Of a stretch of 64,000 bases of DNA, positions 7,492-17,300 are shown piece after piece (the first letter of the stretch is position 1; every line of letters starts with the position of its first letter). The notes below the pieces were generated by a model. It made no database searches. It saw only the letters and a list, made by a program, of their open reading frames with translations, and was not told the DNA's origin. The DNA is from Prosthecobacter sp. Lineage in GTDB: Bacteria; Verrucomicrobiota; Verrucomicrobiia; Verrucomicrobiales; Verrucomicrobiaceae. The translations under genes were made by a program, and so were the position numbers. The stretch spans positions 174,443 through 238,442 of the forward strand of contig JBDHQD010000006.1 of assembly GCA_039806835.1 (NCBI GenBank), in the 5' to 3' direction.

Positions 7492-8952
7492 ATGACGCCT
7501 GTTTTTCTCTCTCTCATTGTGCTGCTCCTGCTGATGATGGCAGCGGGAGTCTTTGTGCTCGTCAGGCTCGCCATCCGGCAGCGGGGAGACCTCGCCGCCC
7601 TGCGTGCGGAGGAGGAGGCCATCGTGGCGGAGGAGCGACGCATGTTTCATTTCCTGCACGATCTCGGGGAGGCGATCTGGCGCGACGATCAGCAGGCGTC
7701 GATGTATCGGCTCATCGTCGAGGGCGCGTTGCGCGTGACGCAGAGTACGGGTGGCGCACTTTATCTGCTCGATGATTCGGGTCGGCAGCTCGTGCCGCGT
7801 TTTTATTCGGAGCTCTGCGCGCCTCTCGTACAAATACCCGAGCGTGTGCGGCAGCAGATGCAGGAGAATCCCTCCGCTCTGCTCAACCTGCTGCGCATGC
7901 ACGCGGTGTCGGGAGAGGACGCGAGCCTGCTCGGCTCAGTCTTCACGCGGCAAAAGGCTGAACTGGTGGCCGATCTCGCGTCTGATTCGCGCTTCGAGGG
8001 GCCGGCGATCGACGCGCGGCGCAACACCACCTGCATGATCGGCCCACTGAGCTTTGGCACGCGCCGCCTCGGTGTGCTGGCAGTCACCTCCCCGCAGAGT
8101 GCGCGGCGTTACAACGCGAATGACTTCGAGGTCTTCAATTCGCTCATCGAGCAGTCGGCCTTTGCCCTCGCAAACGCGATGTCGCATCAGGAAGCCGCGA
8201 AGCACCGCCTCGATCAGCAGGAACTGCAAAACGCCAGTCACATCCAGCAGGTGCTCCTCCCGGAGCGCGATCCCGAGTGGCCTGGCTTCATCGTCGCAGG
8301 GAAAAACATCCCCGCGCGCACGCTGAGCGGAGATTACTTTGACTACCTCAAGCTGGCTGGTGGCAAACACGGTGCCGTGATCGCCGATGTCTCCGGCAAA
8401 GGCCTCGGTGCCGCCATGATCACCGTCATGTGCCGCACCCTCATGCGTGCCAAGGCAGCATCCTCTTCCTCGCCCAGCGCCGTGCTCGCTGCGGTGAATC
8501 GCCAGATCGCCCCGGACATCCGCGAGGACATGTTCATCACCATGTCTTATGTCGTGATCGACAAAGACGGCACGAAGCTCACCCTCTCGCGCGCCGGCCA
8601 CAACGCCGCGCTGCTCTGGCGCAAGGCCACGGGGCAGGTGGAGGCCATTCACCCACCCGGCCTCGGCGTCGGCATCGACAAAGGGGATGTCTTTGAGCGG
8701 GTCACCAAGGACGAGAGCTTCGAGATGCACGCTGGTGACTGCCTCCTGCTCTACACCGATGGCGTGAACGAAGCCATGGATCCGAAGGGACATGAATTCG
8801 GCGAGGAGCGCGTGCAGGAAAAACTCGCCCAATACGCCCCGCTCGGGCCCAAAGCGATCATCGGTGGCATCATCGCCGATCTGGAGCACTTCCTCCACGG
8901 CAGGCGATCGCACGATGACATCACCTTGATTGCGATTCAGAAGGCGGCATAG
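7492..8952 (+). CDS. Membrane-anchored GAF + PP2C (SpoIIE/RsbU-type) serine phosphatase
   Basis: N-terminal TM helix (VFLSLIVLLLLMMAAGVFVLV) and a GAF-like central region. PP2C/SpoIIE motifs are SGDYFDY, ADVSGKGLGAAMITV, LYTDGVNEA and HDDITLIAI. Confidence 0.9.
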   Translation: MTPVFLSLIVLLLLMMAAGVFVLVRLAIRQRGDLAALRAEEEAIVAEERRMFHFLHDLGEAIWRDDQQASMYRLIVEGALRVTQSTGGALYLLDDSGRQLVPRFYSELCAPLVQIPERVRQQMQENPSALLNLLRMHAVSGEDASLLGSVFTRQKAELVADLASDSRFEGPAIDARRNTTCMIGPLSFGTRRLGVLAVTSPQSARRYNANDFEVFNSLIEQSAFALANAMSHQEAAKHRLDQQELQNASHIQQVLLPERDPEWPGFIVAGKNIPARTLSGDYFDYLKLAGGKHGAVIADVSGKGLGAAMITVMCRTLMRAKAASSSSPSAVLAAVNRQIAPDIREDMFITMSYVVIDKDGTKLTLSRAGHNAALLWRKATGQVEAIHPPGLGVGIDKGDVFERVTKDESFEMHAGDCLLLYTDGVNEAMDPKGHEFGEERVQEKLAQYAPLGPKAIIGGIIADLEHFLHGRRSHDDITLIAIQKAA

Positions 8953-8987
8953 TCGCGGCCCCCCAAACCCCGCGAAAAAATCCACCT

Positions 8988-9566
8988 ATGACTGAGCCGA
9001 GTCCCGAAACGACCCAGCAGACTGATCCCGCCGCCATCCCATCTCCCGCCGCCGATGTGCCCAGCGAAGAAGTGCCTGTTTCCACGGAAGAAGCTCCTCC
9101 TGCTGATCCCGTGACCCTGCTCACGCAGGAGGTCGAGCGCTGGAAAGACCTCGCCTACCGCAGCCAGGCGGAGCTGGACAACTTCCGCAAACGCAGTGTC
9201 CGCGAAGCGCAGGAAACACGCGCCTACGCCAATGCCGACCTGCTGCGCGCCCTGTTCCCCATCCTCGACAACTTCGACATGGGCCTCGAAGCCGCCCGCG
9301 CTGAATCTGAGAAATCCATGATCTACATGGGCATGAGCATGGTGAACCGCCAACTTCAGGACTTCCTGCGCGACAGCGGCGTTCAGGAAATCGAAACCCA
9401 GGGGGTCGCCTTCGATCCCAACCTGCACGACGCCGTTTCTCAAGAGGCCAGTGCCGACATCGCGGAAGGCACCATCCTCCGCGTCACCCGCAAAGGCTAC
9501 AAGCTCAAGGATCGCCTCCTCCGCGCCGCCAGCGTCGTGGTTTCCTCCGGCCCCGGTGCGGCGTAA
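8988..9566 (+). CDS. grpE: Nucleotide exchange factor GrpE
   Basis: AELDNFRKRSVRE signature, a coiled-coil N-terminal half and a C-terminal beta domain (ILRVTRKGYKLKDRLLRAASV). Confidence 0.95.
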   Translation: MTEPSPETTQQTDPAAIPSPAADVPSEEVPVSTEEAPPADPVTLLTQEVERWKDLAYRSQAELDNFRKRSVREAQETRAYANADLLRALFPILDNFDMGLEAARAESEKSMIYMGMSMVNRQLQDFLRDSGVQEIETQGVAFDPNLHDAVSQEASADIAEGTILRVTRKGYKLKDRLLRAASVVVSSGPGAA

Positions 9567-9602
9567 TTTCAAAATCCAAATCCCCCATTTCAAATCATCC
9601 GC

Positions 9603-10754
9603 ATGGCTGAAAAACGCGACTACTACGAAGTGCTGGGCGTCCCGCGTGATGTCTCCGCCGACGATTTGAAAAAAGCCTACCGCAAGCTCGCGGTGAAATA
9701 TCATCCGGATAAAAACCCGGGTGACAAATCCGCCGAGGAGAAATTCAAAGAAGTCGGTGAAGCCTACGACGTGCTCAGCGACGAACAAAAACGCGCCGCC
9801 TACGACCGCTACGGCCACAGTGCCTTCACCGGTGGCATGGGTGGCCCGGCCGCAAGCGGCGGCGGCTTCCACGATCCCTTCGACATCTTCCGTGAAGTCT
9901 TTGGCGGCGGCGGTGGTGGCATCTTCGAGCAATTCTTCGGTGGAGGCGGCGGCGGTGGCCGTCGTCGCGATGGCCCGCAGCGCGGCAACGACTTGCGCTA
10001 CGGCATGGAAATCACCCTCGAAGAAGCCGCGCACGGCTGCGAGCGCGAGATCGAATACGAGCGCAGCGCCTCATGCAAAACCTGCTCCGGCTCAGGCTCC
10101 GCCAGCAGTGGCGGCGGCAAAAAAACCTGCCGCACCTGCGGCGGTGTCGGCCAGGTCATCAGCTCACGCGGCTTTTTCCAGATTCAGCAAACCTGTCCTG
10201 ACTGCAACGGTGCCGGGGAAACCATCAGCGATCCCTGCCGCGCCTGCCACGGCAGCGGACGCTCCAAAGAACGCACCAAAGTGCGCGTCAAAGTCCCCGC
10301 TGGCATCGAGGACGGCTCCCGCCTGCGCTCCACTGGCAATGGCGACCTCGGCGTGAAAAACGGCCCCGCTGGCGACCTCTACATCGTCGTCCAGGTCAAA
10401 GCGCACGAGATCTTCGAGCGCGAAGGCGACGACCTGCACTGCGACATGCCGCTTTCCTTCGCTGTCGCCGCGCTCGGTGGCGAGATCACCGTGCCGACGA
10501 TGGAAGGCAAAGCCTCCGTCAAAATTCCCGCCGGCACGCAAAACGGCACCACCTTCCGCTTGCGCGGCAAAGGCATGAAAACCCTCGGTTCCGACCACCA
10601 CGGCGATCTCTACGTCCATGTGCAGATCGCCGTGCCCACCAAGCTCAACGCCGAACAGCGTGAAAAGCTCGACACCTTCGCCAAATCCCTCGGCGAGCAA
10701 ACCTCCCCGATGGAGGAGAGCTTCTTCGAGAAGGCGAAGAAGTTTTTCCGGTGA
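9603..10754 (+). CDS. dnaJ: Molecular chaperone DnaJ
   Basis: J domain with YHPDKNP and a G/F-rich linker. Four CxxCxGxG zinc repeats ([32 protein letters not shown]). Confidence 0.97.
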   Translation: MAEKRDYYEVLGVPRDVSADDLKKAYRKLAVKYHPDKNPGDKSAEEKFKEVGEAYDVLSDEQKRAAYDRYGHSAFTGGMGGPAASGGGFHDPFDIFREVFGGGGGGIFEQFFGGGGGGGRRRDGPQRGNDLRYGMEITLEEAAHGCEREIEYERSASCKTCSGSGSASSGGGKKTCRTCGGVGQVISSRGFFQIQQTCPDCNGAGETISDPCRACHGSGRSKERTKVRVKVPAGIEDGSRLRSTGNGDLGVKNGPAGDLYIVVQVKAHEIFEREGDDLHCDMPLSFAVAALGGEITVPTMEGKASVKIPAGTQNGTTFRLRGKGMKTLGSDHHGDLYVHVQIAVPTKLNAEQREKLDTFAKSLGEQTSPMEESFFEKAKKFFR

Positions 10755-10835
10755 GGGTTTGAACGGTAATCAGTTGACGTTGGATGGGTGTTTGACGGCT
10801 TCTTCACGAAGTCACTCAGATCGCCCCGGAACGAA

Positions 10836-11972
10836 CTATTTTTCCTTCAGTGCCAGCAGCTCCTCAAACACCGCGCTGAGTTCCTCGCTCTCGATTTGTT
10901 TCTCGGTGAGCAGTTCGCGGAAGACATCGCGGGGTTGGAGGTCGTGAAGGGTGGGGGCTGTGGATTGCCAAGGGGCGTTTTCGGAGACGGGGAGGTCGGC
11001 GAGGACTTTGAGGACTTCAAAGCGGGAGGCGACGGCCTCACGGACTTGGCGGTCGAGATCGGGCTCGGGAGCGGCAAGCTTCACGGTGACTTCCACCCAT
11101 GCGTCTGCGGGCACGTTGTCGAGATCGGCGGCTAGTGTGGCCCGCGCGGCCTTTACGCGGATGAGCTGACGTGCGAGTGGAATCGGACGTGTTTCCACGC
11201 TCATGCCGGTGGTGTCGAGGATGACGACAGATTTGGCATCGCTGGCTTCGGAGAAACTGAGCGCGATGGGCGAGCCACTGTAGCGAATGGTTTCCTGACC
11301 GGCGACTTTTTGCGGGCGATGCAGATGGCCGAGGGCTGTGTAGTCGAAGCCTGCAAAGATGTCCGCACCGACGGAGCCGAGATTGCCGATGTGGATGTCG
11401 CGCTCGCTGTCGCTGGTGGTGGCACCCACGACGGTGAGGTGGCCCATGGCGAGCACGGGCCGACCTTTGGCGATCTCGCGCGCGGCGATGAGTTGGGCGG
11501 CGTAGTGCTCGCGGATGGCAGCGCGGACTTGTTCATGCGCGGCGGAGATCGTTTCACCGGCGATGGCTTGGCGGAGATCGCGCTCGCGCAAAAACGGCAC
11601 GGCAGCGACGACGCAGCCACCGAGATCGACGAGGTTGTTTTCACCGGCGTGACCGAAGACATGCACATCGAAGCGGCGCAGCAGATCGCGCGGAGCGTTG
11701 AGATGCGAAGCGGAGTCGTGATTGCCACCGGTGATGATGGCTTTGACCGATTTGAGATCAGCGAGGCGCTTCAGAAAATCGAAGTAGAGCGCGACGGCAT
11801 CCTGCGGCGGATTGGCGGCATCGAAGACATCGCCGCTGAGCAGCAGCGCGTCGATTCTCTCAGCGCGGAGTGTGTCGATGAGCCAGTCGAGAAACGCGGC
11901 GTGCTCGGCGAGACGCTCGCGTTCGATGAGGCGAGTGCCGAGGTGCCAGTCAGCGGTGTGAAGGATGCGCAT
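10836..11972 (-). CDS. sbcD: Exonuclease SbcD (Mre11-type nuclease subunit)
   Basis: Calcineurin-like phosphoesterase motifs MRILHTADWHLG, LLSGDVFD, ITGGNHDS and ALGHLHRPQ. The C-terminal region is typical of SbcD. Confidence 0.9.
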   Translation of the reverse strand: MRILHTADWHLGTRLIERERLAEHAAFLDWLIDTLRAERIDALLLSGDVFDAANPPQDAVALYFDFLKRLADLKSVKAIITGGNHDSASHLNAPRDLLRRFDVHVFGHAGENNLVDLGGCVVAAVPFLRERDLRQAIAGETISAAHEQVRAAIREHYAAQLIAAREIAKGRPVLAMGHLTVVGATTSDSERDIHIGNLGSVGADIFAGFDYTALGHLHRPQKVAGQETIRYSGSPIALSFSEASDAKSVVILDTTGMSVETRPIPLARQLIRVKAARATLAADLDNVPADAWVEVTVKLAAPEPDLDRQVREAVASRFEVLKVLADLPVSENAPWQSTAPTLHDLQPRDVFRELLTEKQIESEELSAVFEELLALKEK

Positions 11973-12043
11973 GAGGGAGAGCGATGGTCAGAGGCGTGGC
12001 TATGTAACTAACCGCTGATAAGACGCGGATGAAACGTGAATCA

Positions 12044-12072
12044 ATGAGAGCTTGTCTTTTATCAGCTCTCAT
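12044..12072 (-). terminator. Hairpin between the CocE/NonD gene and sbcD (possible weak intrinsic terminator)
   Basis: A 9-bp perfect stem, ATGAGAGCT (12044-12052) / AGCTCTCAT (12064-12072), with an 11-nt loop. In the minus-strand sense it is followed by UGAUUCACGUUUC, which is only moderately U-rich. An alternative pairing of 12013-12023 with 12054-12066 is possible. Confidence 0.35.
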
Positions 12073-12114
12073 GAACGTCGCACAAACAGTCAGGCAGCGT
12101 CTCACTCGCCCGAC

Positions 12115-13746
12115 CTATTTCATCACAGGCAACAGCACGCGGGATGCGTGATCCCTTTCATGCAGGATGGTGTGCGTGCCGGGCTTTGTTTCCTTCATCC
12201 AATCGACGGTCTGTGGGCCGCCGGTTTGATTGTTCGGCTCGTAGAGTGGTGCGCCTGTGCTGGAGACGGTGACGCGGAGGCGATGACCTGTGTTGAGGAT
12301 GATGCTGGTCCAGCCGATGTGCCATTGGAGCTTCGCTGGCTCACCGGGCGTGAGGAGTTTTTGATGATCGAAGCCGTCGCGATAGCGCGCACGCATGGGA
12401 TAGTCCATGAGCACGATGCTGCGGCCATCGGGATAGACATCGGAGACGCGGAGGATGAAGTCGGTGTCGCGCACGGTGGATTTCACCCACAGCTCGGCTT
12501 TGATCTCGCCGGTGATTTCCAGCGGCTGTGTGAGTGGTGAAGTGCTCCAGGTGCGCACGTCTTTTTGTTTCTCAAAAGCCTGCCCGTCCTTCGCGCCGAG
12601 GAAGGCGCGGCCAGGCATGACCATCGGCTTGAGTGGATCGCAATCGTAGGAGGTGCCGCTGTTCGTGGCGGTGGGCGCGTCGGATTTCAAAACGGCATCG
12701 TCATGCAGATAAAAGCTCGTTTCCTTCGTCTGGGGCGGCCAGTCGGCGGCTTCGCGCCAGACGTTGCCGGGGGCGTTCGCTTCACCGAGTGCGCCCATGA
12801 CGTAGTAGCGGACGGCGGGTTCTTTTTCGATGCCGTTGTCAGCGCCCTTTAGCCAGTGGTCGAACCAGCGCACCATGTGATCAACTTCGGGCCAGGTGGC
12901 GTTGGCGGGATAGACGAGTTCGCCCACCTTGCTGCCTTTGTTGAGGCGGCCATGCAACCACGGGCCGAGCAGGAGTTGCTGCGGTGCGTTCGGTTTGCGT
13001 CCGATGAAGCTCTGCACGCTGCCTTGGATCATGAAGTCATACCAACTGCCAATGGTGAAGCACGGCACGTTCATCTTGTCGAAATGCAGCGTGCAATCTT
13101 CGGCGCGCCAGTAGTCGTCATAGTCGGGATGCTGATCCCACTCGCGCAGCAAGTCGGCGTTGTCCGAGGGGACGCGGCAGTTTGCGCCAAAGTCAGCGAA
13201 GCGGCCCGGACGGGTGACACCGCCGATGCGGTAGCCTTCCTGAAACAAACTCAATCCCGTATCGACCATGTACTGGCAGACGAGGTGTGGTGGCTGCGTG
13301 ACGGCGAGAAAGTTCTGCGCGAAACCGCCCTGTGAGCTGCCGAATGATCCAACCTTGCCAGTGCTCCACGATTGTGAGGCGAGCCATTCGCAGGTGTCGT
13401 AGCCGTCTTTCTGCTCGCCCCAGGCGAGCGCGCGGTAGCCGACGTATTTGCCTTCGCTTTTCTGTGAGCCGCGGAAGTTCACCATCGCCACCGCATAGCC
13501 ACGCTGCGCCATCTCGGCAGCGCGTTTGCGCGTGGAGAGGCCGCTGATGTTGGCGTAGCGCTGCTCGAAGATGGCGGGCCATTTGCCTGTGCCTTCTGGG
13601 AGGTAAACGTATGCGGAAAGCTTCACGCCATCGCGCATCGGGATCATGACATGCTCCTCATGCACGCCGGGCACATCGAGTTTGGGCAAATCTTGCGCGG
13701 CGGCGATCGAAACAAATGCGAGAAGGCAGAGCAGGCTGGATTTCAT
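12115..13746 (-). CDS. Secreted CocE/NonD-family (S15, Xaa-Pro dipeptidyl-peptidase-like) hydrolase
   Basis: Signal peptide MKSSLLCLLAFVSIAAAQD. Alpha/beta-hydrolase part with VGSFGSSQGG and a C-terminal beta-sandwich region typical of the CocE/NonD family. 543 aa. Confidence 0.8.
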   Translation of the reverse strand: MKSSLLCLLAFVSIAAAQDLPKLDVPGVHEEHVMIPMRDGVKLSAYVYLPEGTGKWPAIFEQRYANISGLSTRKRAAEMAQRGYAVAMVNFRGSQKSEGKYVGYRALAWGEQKDGYDTCEWLASQSWSTGKVGSFGSSQGGFAQNFLAVTQPPHLVCQYMVDTGLSLFQEGYRIGGVTRPGRFADFGANCRVPSDNADLLREWDQHPDYDDYWRAEDCTLHFDKMNVPCFTIGSWYDFMIQGSVQSFIGRKPNAPQQLLLGPWLHGRLNKGSKVGELVYPANATWPEVDHMVRWFDHWLKGADNGIEKEPAVRYYVMGALGEANAPGNVWREAADWPPQTKETSFYLHDDAVLKSDAPTATNSGTSYDCDPLKPMVMPGRAFLGAKDGQAFEKQKDVRTWSTSPLTQPLEITGEIKAELWVKSTVRDTDFILRVSDVYPDGRSIVLMDYPMRARYRDGFDHQKLLTPGEPAKLQWHIGWTSIILNTGHRLRVTVSSTGAPLYEPNNQTGGPQTVDWMKETKPGTHTILHERDHASRVLLPVMK

Positions 13747-13786
13747 CCAGCGAATACGCGCTCACTCAAGCGCATCCATCGGCGGA

Positions 13787-14374
13787 TCAATTGCGATTGA
13801 GCAATTTGCGCACTTCTTCCTCTGAGTACGCGCCTTTCTTGGTCGGTGTGGCTTCGATGGTTTCGATGATCGTTGGCTCTTTGCCCTTGCGCTTCGAGCC
13901 GGGCAGCGCATGGCGCGTTTTGAACTCGTCGTCGGCACCGCTGAATTTGGCGCGACCTTCACGCGCCTGCATGGTGCCGAGCTTGGAGGCCTCCGTGTCA
14001 AACTGGCTGCCACTCTCAGATGCTTTCATGTCGCCGAGCGCGTAGGTCAGATCCAGTCCTCGTGCGGTGGTTTTGCCGAAGCGACTTTCTTTTGCTTTGA
14101 ATGCTTTCTGCCCGGCAAAACTGCCGACACCGGCAAAGCTGCCAGCGGTCGCAGCTTGGTGCTGAAAGTAGGAGCCGGCTCCATTCTTCGATGATGAGTT
14201 GGTGATGGATTTTTCGAAATGACTGCGGCGATTCATGTCTGGCTTTTGCATGGAGCGCTGGGCGAGCGACATGCTGGCATAGTCCTTCTTTGCTGTTTTC
14301 TCTCCATCACTGGAGCACTGACAGAGAGCAGCACTGATAAAGAAGCAGAGCAGGAGTGGCAGCGGTGGATTCAT
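13787..14374 (-). CDS. Hypothetical secreted protein / lipoprotein
   Basis: Signal peptide MNPPLPLLLCFFISAALCQC. The rest is low-complexity, Lys/Ser/Gly-rich and charged. The start is translationally coupled to the giant TPR gene (ATGA at 14371-14374). Confidence 0.6.
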   Translation of the reverse strand: MNPPLPLLLCFFISAALCQCSSDGEKTAKKDYASMSLAQRSMQKPDMNRRSHFEKSITNSSSKNGAGSYFQHQAATAGSFAGVGSFAGQKAFKAKESRFGKTTARGLDLTYALGDMKASESGSQFDTEASKLGTMQAREGRAKFSGADDEFKTRHALPGSKRKGKEPTIIETIEATPTKKGAYSEEEVRKLLNRN

Positions 14375-17300
14375 GGTCTGACGGACTGCGTGGTGGCCTG
14401 GCGCGCGAGGAAGAGCGTCTCTTTCAACACAGCTCCAGGGAGGTGAAACTTGGGCAACTCGGCCTCGATGCCTGCCAGCCTGCCCCAGCTTTGATAGAGT
14501 TCAAAGATGAGTTTTGCCGTCAGTGCGGGCATGGCCCAGTTCCTGCGGATGAGGAGGGTTTCTGCCGCCTCGTAGGCTTGTCTGCGGATGAGGAATCGCG
14601 CTTGCTCAGCGAAGAGTTCTGGTTGCAGCGTCGAGGTGTCGTCCAATCGCTGCGTGGCTGCGTCCAGCAGTTCTCGCGCGAATTCGAGATGGCCTGTTTC
14701 TTCAAAAGCGCGCGCCCATTCGACCGTCTGCACGCCACCGGGAAAGGGCAGACGCAGCGTCTCATTGAAAAGCTCTCTCACGGCGGCGTTGTCTCCCAAG
14801 GCATGCGCCACACGCACAGTCAGTGGGATTTTGCGCCCTTGCTCGCGCAGGGTGGGGATGCGTGCGATCACCTGGCATGCGTCCCACGCCCAGGTGGCGC
14901 GGTTCTGCTTCAGCATTTCTGCAGCGGCGAGTTCGATGCACTGGCGATCTTTTTCCTCCGCCTGCTGCCATGCAGTCATGAAGTCCTCATGCGCAGTTGC
15001 GGGCAGCAATGAGGTGAATGCGCTCAGTGCCAATGCGGCGAGCGGGCGATCGGCGCCGGCGCGTGCTTCTGTGCGCAGGATGGCGGCCCAGCCTGTGGCG
15101 TGCGGCCCATGGGCACGCTCTGAGAGCCACGCGTGCATGTCTTTCAGTGTGGCGGGATCGCGCGTGGTCGTGCGGAACAGTGCTGCGATTTGCGCGCGCC
15201 CGCGTTGAGGCGTCCACGCGGCGTCTGCGTCCAGCACTTTGAGTTGCTCAAGACGCAGCGTGAAACGCTCATGATCGCCGTGCAGGGTGCGCTCTGCTTG
15301 CGTGAGGAGATTCAGCGCCTCTGTGGTGCGTTTCTGCGCGCGCAGCCCGGCACCGAGTGCGACCACGCATGGCAGCGATTTGCGCTCCACACACAGCGTC
15401 ATGAGCGCGCGCACTTCTCCGGCATCGCTCGCGGCGGCAGCGAGTTCGCAACGCAGCTTCAAGACTTCTTGTGCGGTGGGATCGAGCGGCTCTGCCAGCG
15501 GCACGTCGCGCAAAATTTTCAGGGCCGCTGTCGGTTGGTTGAGCCGGTGGAGGATTTGCCCACGATGCAGTGCTGCTTCGATGTCGAGGTCTGTGCCAAG
15601 CTGATCATTGGCGACGTAAGCAGCGTGCAGGCGATCCCATGCCGAGAGGGCCGCTTTATCGTCGTGCATGCGTTCTTGCAGCAGGCCCAACTCGCGCAGG
15701 TAGGAAACCTCGTGAGGGCGGCGGCGCTCCAACACTTGCGAGAACGGCTCACGGAAACCGCGGCGGCGCAACTCGTCCACATTAAAATCCCAGGCGAGAA
15801 ACATGGCGTGCTTTTCACGCAGCGTGTCGTCGCTGGGCTGCGGTGGTTTCATCGGTGGCTCGGCGAGGAGCAGTTGCAGCACAAAGCTCAGCCCCGGCTC
15901 GATTTCCATCGCTGTCTCGGTGGAGCGTAGCACCCACTGCGCGTATTCGGGATTGGAAGGTGCGCGCGATGGCAGTTGGCGATAGACGCCGATGGCGGCG
16001 CGCGCCATGCCCGCGCTCTCCAGTCGGCTGCCGAGATTTCCCAGCGTGTCCACGGAGTGCTCTGTGCGCAAATCCACGGACGCGAGGTGCTCACGGATGA
16101 GGCGCAGACGCGTCGGATGATCCACATAGCGCAGGCGATTGAGCAACTCATTGATGCGCCACTCACCGAATTCCGAATCTGAGCGCGGGCTGAGCATCGA
16201 GGCACCATGATGGGTGGCCAGCGTGGCGTTAGCTCCACTGACGACGGCGCTGAGCCCCTGCTGCGTCAGCAAGGCTTCGATCTCGCGCGTTTCTTCCCAG
16301 TAACTGCGCAGATGCATCGGCTCCTCGTAGCGCGATGAGCCTTGTGGCAGGAGATTGCCCTTCACGTCATGCATCTCCCGCTGAGCGACGAATGGCCCGG
16401 AGAGAAAGTTTCCCAGTGTCCCCGCCGCCTTCGCATCTGCTCCGGCGAGTCCCGCCACCGCTGCGCGGCGGATGGCGGTCATCGCCGAGGGGCGTGTGCT
16501 TTGCAGTCTGCGCCAAGCCTGCCGCAGAGCCTCCTCGCGCTGTTGGGCCGAGTTTGCCATGCGACTGAGTGACACGAGGCTGAGTAGAAAAGGATCGTAG
16601 GTGGTGCGGTAGTTGCCCGCAGCCACGGGGCCGCGCAGCGCAGCCTCCAGATAGCGCCGAGCGAGATCCCAACGCTCCGCGCTCTCCGCGATAGGCGCCA
16701 GAAAGAGAGAATAATCCGCCTCCATCTCTGGAGCGAGGCGCGGCAGGCAGCCGCCGAGGGCCAGCGCTTCATCGTAGCGTTGTTTGTCCTGCAGTTTGCG
16801 CGTCAGCTCCAGCAGTGCGGGATTGCGCAGCACGCGTGATTCTCCGAGCACCTGCAAGTCGTCACTGTGATAGCGAAAGTCGGCCACATCGCAGAGCATG
16901 GAAGCACAGGCCTGGAGCAACTCCGCGCGCGATTTCGTCACTTCCGCCGACCAGCCTTTTTCGCCAGCCCACGTCACGACTTCTTGCATGCCATGACTGC
17001 GCAGAGAGAGCCACACAAAGCAGAACTGCTCTTCCAGCGCCTTGGTTTCCGGCAGCACTTGTTTCAGCACGGCGCGGAATTCCACGCCAGCACCGGCATA
17101 GTAAAGTGCCCACAGTTTTTCCACCGCGCTCACTTTGCGATCATCCCGCCACTGTTTGATCCAGGCAGCCAGAGCCTCACCACCATGCGCACGGCGTAGT
17201 TTGGCGAGTTCTTCGATGGCGCGCAGCCGCACGATGGCTGCGTCGTCCGGCAACTCGGTGAATTCTGCGCGAGGCTGGCCGAGGAATGCGCGCAACTGAT

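Noticed and set aside
8937-10034. 365-aa ORF on the minus strand
   Set aside because: It lies entirely antisense to grpE and dnaJ, whose identities are unambiguous. Its composition (Gly/Ala/Val/Phe runs mirroring the DnaJ G/F region) is typical of a high-GC antisense artefact.
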